Assembly: GCA_036269775.1 (NCBI GenBank)
Contig: DATBDU010000035.1
Location: forward strand, 41,961-105,960
Source of the DNA: Solirubrobacterales bacterium
GTDB lineage: Bacteria > Actinomycetota > Thermoleophilia > Solirubrobacterales > 70-9
Reading direction: 5' to 3'
DNA: 64,000 bases
A program made the position numbers and the translations under genes. Below, piece by piece: positions 34,803 through 44,151 of the stretch. Every line of letters begins with the position of its first letter. Position 1 is the stretch's first letter. The notes beneath the pieces were generated by a model. That model worked only from the letters and a program-made list of their open reading frames with translations. It did no database searches and had not been told where the DNA came from.

Positions 34803-35999
34803 ATGACCTTGGGCCTCAAAGGCACCCAGTCGCTGGAGGAGCGCTACCTGATGCGGACCTACCGGCGCGGGCAGGTCGACTTCGTCCGCGGCGAGGGGCC
34901 GCTGCTCTGGGACGCCGACGGTAAGGAGTACCTCGACTTCCTGACCGGGATCTCGGTCTGCTCGCTGGGCCATTGCCACCCGGCCGTGGTGGCGGCGGTC
35001 CAGGAGCAAACGGGGCGGCTGATGCACGTCTCCAACCTCTTCTACACCGAGCCGATGGCGCGCCTGGCGGAGCGGCTCTCGGAGTCGAGCCTGGGCGGCC
35101 GTGTCTTCTTCGCCAACTCCGGCACCGAGGCGATCGAGTGCGCGATCAAGGTCGCCCGCAAGCATGCCCACGGGCGCGGGATCGAGGCGCCGGAGATCGT
35201 CAGCTTTGAGGGCGACTTCCACGGCCGCAGCTACGGCGCCCTCTCCGCCACCCCCGGCCTGGCCCGCAACGCGGCGCTGGGGCCGATGCTGCCGGGCTTC
35301 CGCGCCGTGCCCCGCAACGACGCCGCGGCGCTGCGCGAGGCGGTCGGCGAGCGCACGGCGGCCGTTCTGCTGGAGCCGATCCAGGGCGAGGCCGGCATCC
35401 GGCCGATCTCCGACGAGGCCCTGCTCGCCGCCCGCCAGGCCTGCGACGAGACCGGCGCTCTGCTGATTTTCGACGAGATCCAGACCGGGATGGGCAGGAC
35501 CGGGTCGCTCTGGGCCTACGAGCAGACCCCGGTGCGGCCCGACGTCCTGACCAGCGCCAAGGCGCTCGGCGGCGGCGTCCCGATCGGCGCCTGCATCACC
35601 GGCCGGGCCGCCGCCGACGTGCTCGAGCCCGGCGACCACGGCTCGACCTTCGCCGGTGGTCCCGTCGCCACCGCGGCGGCGCTGGCGGTGCTGGACGTGA
35701 TCGACGACCCGGCCCTGCTGCGGCGGGTGCGGGAGCTGGGCGCCGAACTGCGCGACGGCCTCGCGGCCCTCGACGGGGTCGCCGAGCTGCGCGGACGCGG
35801 CCTGATGGTCGGCGTCGGCCTCGCGGAGGGGATCGACGCTCAGGCGGTCGGCGCCGACCTGCTGGGACGCGGGCTGGTCGTCAACGTCCCGGCGCCGGCG
35901 ACGCTGCGCCTGCTGCCGCCGCTGCTCATCGATGGCTCGCACGTCGAACGCGCCGTCGGCTTGATCGGCGACGCCCTGGCGGCCACGCGTCTGCAATAA
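34803..35999 (+). CDS. argD: Acetylornithine aminotransferase
   Basis: Class-III aminotransferase: FFANSGTEAIECAIKVAR, LIFDEIQTGMGRTG and the PLP-Lys region DVLTSAKALGGG. Confidence 0.9.
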   Translation: MTLGLKGTQSLEERYLMRTYRRGQVDFVRGEGPLLWDADGKEYLDFLTGISVCSLGHCHPAVVAAVQEQTGRLMHVSNLFYTEPMARLAERLSESSLGGRVFFANSGTEAIECAIKVARKHAHGRGIEAPEIVSFEGDFHGRSYGALSATPGLARNAALGPMLPGFRAVPRNDAAALREAVGERTAAVLLEPIQGEAGIRPISDEALLAARQACDETGALLIFDEIQTGMGRTGSLWAYEQTPVRPDVLTSAKALGGGVPIGACITGRAAADVLEPGDHGSTFAGGPVATAAALAVLDVIDDPALLRRVRELGAELRDGLAALDGVAELRGRGLMVGVGLAEGIDAQAVGADLLGRGLVVNVPAPATLRLLPPLLIDGSHVERAVGLIGDALAATRLQ

Positions 36000-36061
36000 C
36001 CGGCGCATAGCGCCGGTAAATGCAGACGCGTCGTTGGATCGGCATCTAGGCTTGTCAACTT

Positions 36062-36640
36062 GTGAAGCGCAAAAACCGTCAACCAGACCCGAGCCCACCC
36101 ATCGGCGGCACCGCCGAGCGGCTGGAGGCGATCGTCGAGGCGGCCGAGCGGGCCGCCGTGACCGTCATTGACGACGCCGAAGGAGAGGCCCGCCGCCGGC
36201 TCGAGGAGGCTGAGACCGAGGCGGCGCGACTCGTCTCCGATCGGCTCGCCTCGCTGGCGGGCCTGATCGACTCCCTGATTGCCCAGGCCGACGCCACCAG
36301 GAACCAGTCCGAAAGCTTGATCGCATCGCTGGAGGAGGCGAAGCGCCGTCTCGAGGCCGGCGAAGCACCGGGCGGGATCGGCCGGCAGGGGAGCGAGGAG
36401 CAAACGCGTCCCTCGCACCTGACCGCGGTCGACTCGGTCGAGGAGCCGGCGACCGCGCAGCCGACCGAGCTCAGATCGGTCGCGGAGGCGGCTGGCACGC
36501 CCGCCGGGGCCCGCCTGCTGGCGACCCAGATGGCGGTCTCCGGCAGCAGCCGAGAGGAGATCGAGGCAAAGCTGCGAAACGGGTTCGAGATCGAGGACAC
36601 CGCCTCGATCCTGGACGCGATACTCGGACCGGAGGACTGA
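36062..36640 (+). CDS. Hypothetical coiled-coil protein
   Basis: 192 aa with a GTG start. Ala/Glu/Arg-rich helices (AERLEAIVEAAERAA...RRRLEEAETEAARL) and a C-terminal ARLLATQMAVSGSSREEIEAKLRNGFEIEDTASILDAILG. Confidence 0.55.
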   Translation: MKRKNRQPDPSPPIGGTAERLEAIVEAAERAAVTVIDDAEGEARRRLEEAETEAARLVSDRLASLAGLIDSLIAQADATRNQSESLIASLEEAKRRLEAGEAPGGIGRQGSEEQTRPSHLTAVDSVEEPATAQPTELRSVAEAAGTPAGARLLATQMAVSGSSREEIEAKLRNGFEIEDTASILDAILGPED

Positions 36641-36647
36641 AGATCTA

Positions 36648-37025
36648 ATGCACGAGGACCCGACTCGCCTGATGGGTCCCGAAGACCGGGGACCGGACGG
36701 ACAGAAGCCGCACGGCAACATGCGCCTGCTGGTCGCCTGCCTGGTCGCCGTGATCGTCGGCCTGGTCGTGGCGGTGATTGTGATCGCCGGCAACGACGGC
36801 AGCGGCAGCTCGACCGCCTCGAGCCCCGAATCGGTGACGACCCTGCCCAGCACGACCGAAAGCACCGAGTCGACCGCAACGACCACCCAGCCGACGACCA
36901 CGGAATCGACGCCGACGGAAACGACCGAACCGACGACGACCACGGAACCGACGACCGCGACCGAAACGACGCCGACCACGGCGCCTGAAGAAGAAAACGA
37001 CAGCGGCGGCATCCCAGCCCCCTGA
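36648..37025 (+). CDS. Membrane-anchored Thr/Glu/Pro/Ser-rich low-complexity protein
   Basis: 125 aa. TM helix LLVACLVAVIVGLVVAVIVIA followed by TTESTESTATTTQPTTTESTPTETTEPTTTTEPTTATETTPTT. The underlying DNA is a degenerate ACGACC/GAA repeat. Confidence 0.55.
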   Translation: MHEDPTRLMGPEDRGPDGQKPHGNMRLLVACLVAVIVGLVVAVIVIAGNDGSGSSTASSPESVTTLPSTTESTESTATTTQPTTTESTPTETTEPTTTTEPTTATETTPTTAPEEENDSGGIPAP

Positions 37026-37081
37026 GCAGGTCCGACCGGTGCAGACGGCCTCAGCCTCGTCATGCGAGACTTGCGCCTCTT

Positions 37082-38356
37082 GTGAGCGCCCAGCCACCAC
37101 AGGCGACCCCCACCGCCAGTTATGAGGCCGACCCGGCGCAGGTCGACCGGGTCCTGCTGCTCTACTCGGGCGGTCTCGATACCAGCGTGATGCTGAAGTG
37201 GATCCGGGACTCCTATGAGGCCGAGGTCGTCTGCCTGACCGTCAACCTCGGCCAGCCCGGCGAGGACTACGGGGTGATCGAAGAGAAGGCGCGCCAGCTC
37301 GGCGCCGTCGAGTGCCACGTGGTCGACGCCCGCGAGCGCTTCGCGGCCGAGTTCCTGGCCCCGGCGATCAAGGCCAACGCCGTCTACGGCAACGGCTACC
37401 CGCTCTTCACCGCGCTGAGCCGGCCGCTGATCGCCCAGCTCGCGGTCGAGTATGCCCGCAGGGCCGACTGCGACACGATCGCCCACGGCTGCACCGGCAA
37501 GGGCAACGACCAGGTGCGGATCGAGGCCACGGTCGCAACCCTGGCGCCGGAGCTGCGCACGATCGCCCCGGTGCGCTCCTGGCAGATGGGCCGCGAGGAG
37601 GAGATCGCCTACGCCCGCGAGCACGGCATCCCGGTCAAGGGCGGCACCGAGGTCGCCCCCTACTCGATCGACGACAACCTCTGGGGCCGCTCCTCCGAGG
37701 GCCGCTGGATCGAGGATCTCTCCCACGCCCCCGAGGACGACGTCTTCCAGCTGGTGACCCGGCCCGAGGAGGCCCCCGACGAGGCGGAGACGGTTACGGT
37801 CGGCTTCGAGGCCGGGCTGCCGGTCTCGCTCGACGGCGAGCGCCTGGGCCTGGTCGAGCTGCTCGAAAGGGCGGCGGAGATCGGTGCCCGCCACGGGGTC
37901 GGCATCGTCGACCACATCGAGGACCGCATCGTCGGCCTCAAGGTGCGCGACATCTACGAGGTGCCCGCCGCGGCGATCGTCCTCACCGCCCACGAGGAGC
38001 TGGAGCGGCTGGTCGGGACGATCCACCAGAACCAGTTCAAGCCGGATCTCGACCGCAAGTGGGGCTACCTCGTCTACGCCGGACTCTGGTGGGAGCCGCT
38101 GCGCGGCGACCTCGACGCCTACATGGACGCCGTCAACGCCCAGGTGAGCGGCGAGATCGGCCTGCGGCTCTACAAAGGCAGCGTCCGCGTCGTCACCCGT
38201 TCCTCGCCCAACGCCGTCTACGACTCCGAGCTGGCCAGCTTCGACCAGTCCGGCGGCCTCTTCTCGCAGGCGGCCTCGCCTGGCTTCATCGAGCTCTGGT
38301 CGCTGCAGTCGCGGATGGCGCACCGGATCCGCGAGCGCGGGGCGGGGGAGGGTTGA
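37082..38356 (+). CDS. argG: Argininosuccinate synthase
   Basis: LLYSGGLDTSV...AHGCTGKGNDQVR...DDNLWGRS. GTG start. Confidence 0.92.
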   Translation: MSAQPPQATPTASYEADPAQVDRVLLLYSGGLDTSVMLKWIRDSYEAEVVCLTVNLGQPGEDYGVIEEKARQLGAVECHVVDARERFAAEFLAPAIKANAVYGNGYPLFTALSRPLIAQLAVEYARRADCDTIAHGCTGKGNDQVRIEATVATLAPELRTIAPVRSWQMGREEEIAYAREHGIPVKGGTEVAPYSIDDNLWGRSSEGRWIEDLSHAPEDDVFQLVTRPEEAPDEAETVTVGFEAGLPVSLDGERLGLVELLERAAEIGARHGVGIVDHIEDRIVGLKVRDIYEVPAAAIVLTAHEELERLVGTIHQNQFKPDLDRKWGYLVYAGLWWEPLRGDLDAYMDAVNAQVSGEIGLRLYKGSVRVVTRSSPNAVYDSELASFDQSGGLFSQAASPGFIELWSLQSRMAHRIRERGAGEG

Positions 38357-38508
38357 TGCACGACAAGCTCGGAAAGGCCGCGGTCGGCTTCGCGCTCCGC
38401 TACCTGCGCCGCCGCTACAGGCGGGAGCTGCGGATCGGGATCGGCGTTACGGTCGTCGTCGTGGGCATCGGCGCCTACCTGGCCAGCCGCAACGTCCCCG
38501 AGGGCTGA
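38356..38508 (+). CDS. Small membrane protein (50 aa) coupled to argG
   Basis: ATG 38356 overlaps the argG stop (TGATG). Product: MHDKLGKAAVGFALRYLRRRYRRELRIGIGVTVVVVGIGAYLASRNVPEG, with one TM helix. It appears in the track only as the tail of a shadow ORF. Confidence 0.45.
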   Translation: MHDKLGKAAVGFALRYLRRRYRRELRIGIGVTVVVVGIGAYLASRNVPEG

Positions 38509-38605
38509 CCCGGGCCCACGTCGTTCCCTGGTCCTAGCAACATTCGTTGCGGGTTATCGGCAACTCGTGAGGATTCGCTCACACCCCCGCTAGCCTCGGC
38601 CGTCG

Positions 38606-39643
38606 GTGGTGCCGGCTCGCGCCAGAAAGGATCTCCTTGCCCTCGGCGCCGCCGCGGCGCTGCTCTGCGCCCTGATCACGGTCGTTCTGGGGGTCGCTCC
38701 GCGCGCCCTGGCTGCCGACGCGGGCTCGCTCGAAGCGAAGCTGGTGAGTGCCCGCGACGAAGCCGGCTCGATCGCCTCCGGCCTGCGCGCCAGCCACGAA
38801 CGGCTCGCCGTCGCCGAAGGCGAAGCGGCCGCCGCCGCGGCCCGCGAGGAACGCCTCTCCGGCCTGCTCGCTGAAGGCCAGGAGCGGGCCGCGGCGCTGA
38901 GCCGCAAGTTGAGCCTGACCCGCAAGCGGCTGGCGGCCGAGAAGGCCCGCCTGCGCCGTTCCCGCCAGGCCCTCGCCGCCCGCCTGGTGGCGATCTACGA
39001 GAGCGGCACTCCGAGCAGCGCCAGCCTCATCTTCGGCTCCGGCGACTACCAGGAGCTGGTCACCCGGGCCGACTACCTGCGGGCGATCGAGGAATCCGAC
39101 AGCGCCCTGGCCGACCGTGTCGAACAGGTCCGCGACGACGTCCGCCGGGAGGCCAAGCTGGTCGCCGCGCTGCAGGCCCGCGCCGTCGCCTACAACGAGC
39201 GTCTCGCCGCCGCCCGCTCCCAGATCGCCGCGGTGCGCGAAGCGGCTCAGGCCGCCGCCGCCCACCAGCAGGCGATCAGCGCTGAACGCGAAGCCTCCCT
39301 GGCCGACCTGAAAACGAGCATCGGCACCTGGGTCAAGGAGATCCAGGCCGCCCGCGCCGCCGAAGCGCGGGCGGCGAGCCGGGCCGAAGCCGAAGAAGAA
39401 GTCGGCCGCTGGCTCGGCGGCCCCTACTCGATCCCCACCTACATCGTGATGTGCGAGTCCGGCGGCGACTACGGCGCCGTCAATCCCTCCAGCGGCGCCG
39501 GCGGCGCCTACCAGGTGCTGCCCTCGACCTGGGAACTCTACGGCGGTTCCGGGGAGCCCCAAAACGCCCCCAAGGCCGAACAGGACCGCATCGCCGGTGA
39601 AATCTGGGCGGACTCGGGTGGCAGTGCCTGGGTCTGTGCGTAG
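38606..39643 (+). CDS. Secreted coiled-coil protein with a C-terminal Rpf-like transglycosylase domain
   Basis: Signal/TM segment LALGAAAALLCALITVVLGVAPRALA, a long Ala/Arg/Glu coiled coil, then YIVMCESGGDYGAVNPSSGAGGAYQVLPSTWELYGG...AEQDRIAGEIWADSGGSAWVCA (transglycosylase-like fold). Confidence 0.75.
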   Translation: MVPARARKDLLALGAAAALLCALITVVLGVAPRALAADAGSLEAKLVSARDEAGSIASGLRASHERLAVAEGEAAAAAAREERLSGLLAEGQERAAALSRKLSLTRKRLAAEKARLRRSRQALAARLVAIYESGTPSSASLIFGSGDYQELVTRADYLRAIEESDSALADRVEQVRDDVRREAKLVAALQARAVAYNERLAAARSQIAAVREAAQAAAAHQQAISAEREASLADLKTSIGTWVKEIQAARAAEARAASRAEAEEEVGRWLGGPYSIPTYIVMCESGGDYGAVNPSSGAGGAYQVLPSTWELYGGSGEPQNAPKAEQDRIAGEIWADSGGSAWVCA

Positions 39644-39759
39644 GCCGGGGCTCCGGGTAGGGGTTCCGCTTAACTTTTTTGAGAATCGGCAAGTGCCACT
39701 CGAGATTGCCAGCCGGCAAAAAAGTGCAAGACGCTCCACCCCTACCCGGAGCCCCGGCC
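39643..39759 (+). repeat. Copy 2 of the nested-palindromic repeat
   Basis: Outer arms GGCCGGGGCTCCGGGTAGGGG / CCCCTACCCGGAGCCCCGGCC (21 bp, perfect). Inner modules GGTAGGGGTTCCGCTTAACTTTTTTGAG ... GCAAAAAAGTGCAAGACGCTCCACCCCTACC. It starts at the last base of the upstream stop codon. Confidence 0.85.
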
Positions 39760-39924
39760 TAGGTCCGAGCCCGGCGATTTTCACAGAGCTGCGAGCTTGG
39801 TCGTCAGCCTTGGGTAGAGCAGCTTCCGAGCGAAGTCGTCGCGAAGATCCCGCGCCTCGAATCGCTGGCAGCGCGCTCTCTTGCTGGGCACGTCCCTCGA
39901 CCTCGGAGCAGATCCCGCGCCTGA

Positions 39925-40041
39925 GCCGAAGGACCTGGGTAGGGGTGAAGCGTCTTGCACTTTTTTGCCGGCGAGGTCTCTCGAGCGGCCGCTGGCGCTT
40001 CTCAAAAAAGTTAAGCGAAACCCCTACCCAGGTCCTTCGGC
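39925..40041 (-). repeat. Copy 3 of the nested-palindromic repeat (inverted orientation)
   Basis: Outer arms GCCGAAGGACCTGGGTAGGGG / CCCCTACCCAGGTCCTTCGGC (21 bp, perfect). The reverse complement carries the same inner modules as copies 1 and 2. Confidence 0.85.
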
Positions 40042-40133
40042 CCTAGCCGCCGGAGATACCACGGAAGTAGCGCGAAAGACCCACGAAACACGCCGGTGCC
40101 ATCTGCCCCAGTTGGCATGATCGCCCGACCTCG

Positions 40134-43100
40134 ATGAGCACTCCCTCCGCCGTCCATCTGCACGCCCACAGCGAGTACTCGCTGCTCGATGGCGCCTGCA
40201 AGATCGACGCGATGGCGGCGCGGGCGGCGGAGCTGGGGCAGCCGGCGCTGGGGCTGACCGACCACGGCGTCATGAACGGCGCCGTCGACCTCTATAAGGC
40301 CTGCGCCAAGCATGGGATCAAGCCGATCGTCGGCCTGGAGGCCTATTTCGTCGAGGATCGCAAGACGATCAAGGAACAGCCCCGCTACGAGCGCAACCAC
40401 ATCACCCTGCTGGCCGAAAGCGACCGTGGTTACGCCAACCTGGTCCAGCTGACCTCCGCCGGTTTCCTCGAGGGCTTCTCGCGCGGCAAGGCGAACGTCG
40501 ACATGGAGCTGCTGGAGCGCCACTCCGAGGGCGTCATCGTCCTCACCGGCTGCCTGCAGTCGCGCTTTTGCCGGCGCCTGGTCGAAGAGCGCGCCGACGA
40601 CGCTCGCGCCCACCTCGACGACCTGATCCAGGCCTTCGGCCCCGACCAGGTCTACTTCGAGGTGCAGAAGAACGGGATCGACGATCAGGACAAGGCGAAC
40701 GCGGGGATCGTCCGCTTCGCCCGCGAGCTGAAGCGGCCGCTGGTCGCCACCGCCGACGTCCACTACCTGCGGCGCGAGGACTTCGACAACCACGCGGCGC
40801 TGCTCTGCGTGCAGACGAAGTCGACGCTGGAAGCGCCGAAGATGAGCTTCGACACCAACGAGTTCTACATAAAAAGCTCCGAGGAAATGAGCGAGTCCTT
40901 CGCCGAGTGGCCGGAAGCGGTTCCGAACTCGCTGGAGATCGCCGAGCGCTGCTCGCTGAACATCGAGCTGGGCAGCCTGCTGCTGCCGCGCTACCCGACC
41001 GAGGACGGTTCCGAGCCGGAGCAGATGCTGCGCCGAATCGCCGGCGAGGGGCTGCGGGCCCGCTACGGCGACCCGCCGCCCGCCGAGGCGGTCGAGCGGA
41101 TGGAGTTCGAGCTCGGCGTAATCGAGGAGATGGGTTTCTCCTCCTACTTCCTGATCGTCTGGGATTTCGTCCGCTACGCCAAGGAAAACGGCGTTGCCGT
41201 CGGCCCGGGCCGTGGCTCCGCCGCAGGCTCGATCGTCTCCTACGTGCTCAGGATCACCGATCTCGATCCCCTCTCGGAGGGGTTGATCTTCGAGCGCTTC
41301 CTCAATCCCGGCCGCAAATCGATGCCGGATATCGACATCGACTTCTCGGTCCGCGGCCGCGAGCGGATGATCCGCTACGTCGGCGAGAAATACGGCCGCG
41401 AATCGGTCGCCCAGATCATCACCTTCGGCAAGATGGCGCCGCGCGCCGCGACCCGCGACGCCGCCCGTGTGCTCGGCTTCGACTACGCCACCGGCGACCG
41501 CCTCGCCAAGCAGATCCCGGAGCCGATCATGGGCCGCAGCCCGTCCTTCGCGGAATGCCTGAAGTCGGGTCAGGAACTGAAACAGACCTACGACTCCGAG
41601 CCGGACGCGAAGAAAATCATCGACGTCGCCCAGGGGCTCGAGGGGATCGTCCGCAACAACTCGATCCACGCCGCCGCGGTCGTGATCGCCGACCGGCCGC
41701 TGCAGGAGGTGGTGCCGCTGCAGCTCGCCGAGGATCGCAGCGCTCCCGCCACTCCTAACGGCAACGGCTCGGGCAAAGCCGAGCGCCAATACAAGATCGT
41801 CACCCAGTACTCGATGGGGCCGATCGAGGAGATCGGCCTGCTGAAGATGGACTTCCTCGGCCTCCGCAACCTCGACGTGATTGAGGACGCGATCGACATC
41901 ATCCGCCGCTCGCGCGGCGAGGAGATCGAGATGGAGCAGATCCCGATCGACGATGCCAAGACCTACGCGATGCTGGCCAAGGGCGACTCGACCGGGGTCT
42001 TCCAGTTCGAGTCGGAGGGCATGCGCGACGCGCTGCGCAAGGTCAAGCCGACCGAGTTCGCCGACCTGGTCGCGCTCGGCGCCCTCTACCGGCCCGGCGC
42101 GATGGCCTACATCCCCGCCTACGCGAAGGGCAAGAAGGACCCGACCACGGTTCGCTACCCCGATCCGCGGCTGCGCGCGATCACTGAGGAGACCCACGGC
42201 TGCGTCATCTACCAGGAGCAGTTGATGGAGATCTCGCGCTCGATGGCCGGCTTCAGCGGTGCCGAGGCGGACGACCTGCGCAAGGCGATCGGCAAGAAGA
42301 AGCGCGAGCTGATGGCGACGATGAAGGACAAATTCATGCAGGGGCTAGCGGAATCGAATACCGCTCCCAACGTCGCCAAGGACCTCTGGAAGCTCAACGA
42401 AGCGGCCGCCGATTACTCCTTTAACAAGTCCCACGCCGCCTGCTACGGGCTGATCTCCTACCGCACTGCCTACCTCAAGGCCAACTACCCGGCCGAGTAC
42501 ATGGCGGCGGTGATCTCCTCGGTGATGAGCACCAAAGACAAGGTGCCTTTCTTCGTCAACCGCTGCGAGGAGATGGGGATCGAGGTGTTGCCGCCCGACG
42601 TCAACTCCTCCGACCACAGCTTCGTCGTCAACGAGAAGGCGATCCGCTTCGGCCTCGACGCCGTCAAGAACGTCGGCCACTCCGCCGTGGAGGCGATCCT
42701 GCGCGCCCGCGAGGACGCTGAGATCGCCTCGATCTGGGACTTCTGCGAGCGGGTCGACTCCCGCGCCGTCAACAAACGGGCGATCGAATGCCTGATCAAG
42801 TGCGGCGCCCTCGATTCGACCAGGGCCACCCGCAAGGGCATGCTGGAAACCCTACCGGCGGCCCAGTCGGCCGGCCAAAAGGCACAGGAGGACGCGCAGA
42901 TGGGCCAGGGTTCGATCTTCGACTTCGGCGACGACGCCGGCGCGAGCGGCTCCTCCGCGGCTCAAGCGCACCACCGGCCGCCGATCTCCGCCGTCGAGTT
43001 CGACCGCGCCGAGCTGCTCTCGCTGGAGAAGGAGACGCTGGGGACCTATCTGTCCTCGCACCCGCTGGCAGAGGTGCGAGGGGCGCTGCGCGCCCGGGTC

Positions 43101-43664
43101 GACTGCAGTCTGGCCCAGCTGGGCGGCAAGGCCGATGGCTCCTGGGTGACCGTCGGCGGCATCGTTGTCGAGTGCAAGAAGATCCGCACCAAGAGCGGCA
43201 GCCAGATGATGTTTGCCACCCTCGACGACGTCGAGGGCCAGGTCGAGATGCTGGTCTTCAAGGCCGACGAGTCCGAGAACGCCCAGGTGATCGCCCCCGA
43301 CGCGATCGTCGTCGTCCGCGGCCGGCTCGACCACAAGGACCGCGGCGAGACCAAGCTGGTCGTGCAGGAGGCGCAGCGCTTCGAACCCGACAACGAGGAG
43401 ATCGCCCGCGGCAATAAGAGCGCGATGGCCCCGTCGGGACCGTTCAAGGTCGAGGTCGACCCGAGCCGGCTCGACGCCGGGCTCGTCGACGAACTGAAGG
43501 CAGTGCTCGAACACCACAAGGGCGACGCCGAGGTGCATCTGATTCTGGAGACCAGCGGGGGGTCGAAGAGCCTCCGGCTCGGCGAGGGCTACCGGGTCCG
43601 CCCCTCGAGCGGCCTGCTGGCGGAGATCGACCACGTCTTAGGCCAAGCTGCCCTGGCCGCCTGA
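40134..43664 (+). CDS. dnaE: DNA polymerase III alpha subunit
   Basis: 1176 aa with an N-terminal PHP domain (VHLHAHSEYSLLDGA), the polymerase core (DIDIDF...), HhH and OB regions. Confidence 0.95.
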   Translation: MSTPSAVHLHAHSEYSLLDGACKIDAMAARAAELGQPALGLTDHGVMNGAVDLYKACAKHGIKPIVGLEAYFVEDRKTIKEQPRYERNHITLLAESDRGYANLVQLTSAGFLEGFSRGKANVDMELLERHSEGVIVLTGCLQSRFCRRLVEERADDARAHLDDLIQAFGPDQVYFEVQKNGIDDQDKANAGIVRFARELKRPLVATADVHYLRREDFDNHAALLCVQTKSTLEAPKMSFDTNEFYIKSSEEMSESFAEWPEAVPNSLEIAERCSLNIELGSLLLPRYPTEDGSEPEQMLRRIAGEGLRARYGDPPPAEAVERMEFELGVIEEMGFSSYFLIVWDFVRYAKENGVAVGPGRGSAAGSIVSYVLRITDLDPLSEGLIFERFLNPGRKSMPDIDIDFSVRGRERMIRYVGEKYGRESVAQIITFGKMAPRAATRDAARVLGFDYATGDRLAKQIPEPIMGRSPSFAECLKSGQELKQTYDSEPDAKKIIDVAQGLEGIVRNNSIHAAAVVIADRPLQEVVPLQLAEDRSAPATPNGNGSGKAERQYKIVTQYSMGPIEEIGLLKMDFLGLRNLDVIEDAIDIIRRSRGEEIEMEQIPIDDAKTYAMLAKGDSTGVFQFESEGMRDALRKVKPTEFADLVALGALYRPGAMAYIPAYAKGKKDPTTVRYPDPRLRAITEETHGCVIYQEQLMEISRSMAGFSGAEADDLRKAIGKKKRELMATMKDKFMQGLAESNTAPNVAKDLWKLNEAAADYSFNKSHAACYGLISYRTAYLKANYPAEYMAAVISSVMSTKDKVPFFVNRCEEMGIEVLPPDVNSSDHSFVVNEKAIRFGLDAVKNVGHSAVEAILRAREDAEIASIWDFCERVDSRAVNKRAIECLIKCGALDSTRATRKGMLETLPAAQSAGQKAQEDAQMGQGSIFDFGDDAGASGSSAAQAHHRPPISAVEFDRAELLSLEKETLGTYLSSHPLAEVRGALRARVDCSLAQLGGKADGSWVTVGGIVVECKKIRTKSGSQMMFATLDDVEGQVEMLVFKADESENAQVIAPDAIVVVRGRLDHKDRGETKLVVQEAQRFEPDNEEIARGNKSAMAPSGPFKVEVDPSRLDAGLVDELKAVLEHHKGDAEVHLILETSGGSKSLRLGEGYRVRPSSGLLAEIDHVLGQAALAA

Positions 43665-43772
43665 AACCAAGCAGGTCGGCGGACGCAGGAAGCGTGGCGT
43701 GCTTTGCACGCGAGCGACTGAGGACGCCGAGATGCGCCGGTTGCGGGCGGCCAGGCTCCCTAGACTTTCTGC

Positions 43773-44147
43773 ATGACCGCAACGCGCACCCAGGTTGGCG
43801 AGTGCCGCCAGTGCCGATCCTTCTGCGACAAGATGGTCGAGCCGCGTGGCTGCATCGAGCTCGGCTGCCACTACCTCTACAGCTACGTCGACCGCTTCAG
43901 CGGCGAGCAGTACGTCGGCTGCATGCAGGAGGTCTTCGCCGCCGAGGTCGAGCTCTCGGCGGTCCTTGAACCCGGTGGCTTCGGCGGCGTCAAGATGACC
44001 GGCGAGCCGCTGCCCCACTGCCAGTTCTCGGTCGAGCGCGCCTACGAGGGCTCCGGCGAGTCCTACGGCTGCGTCAACCGCCGCTTCTTCGATTGCACCG
44101 ACACCGGCGCCGAGGGCCTGCGCGCCTTCGATCTGCGCGACATCTGA
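43773..44147 (+). CDS. Cys-rich hypothetical protein
   Basis: 124 aa with nine Cys, including CRQCRSFC (C-x2-C-x3-C). No family recognised. Confidence 0.55.
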   Translation: MTATRTQVGECRQCRSFCDKMVEPRGCIELGCHYLYSYVDRFSGEQYVGCMQEVFAAEVELSAVLEPGGFGGVKMTGEPLPHCQFSVERAYEGSGESYGCVNRRFFDCTDTGAEGLRAFDLRDI

Positions 44148-44151
44148 TCGG

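Noticed and set aside
39781-40005. 74-aa minus-strand ORF between and into the inverted repeat copies upstream of dnaE
   Set aside because: Its 5' third lies inside repeat copy 3, so it would be translated from repeat sequence. The composition is Arg/Ser-rich. It is kept only as a remote possibility.
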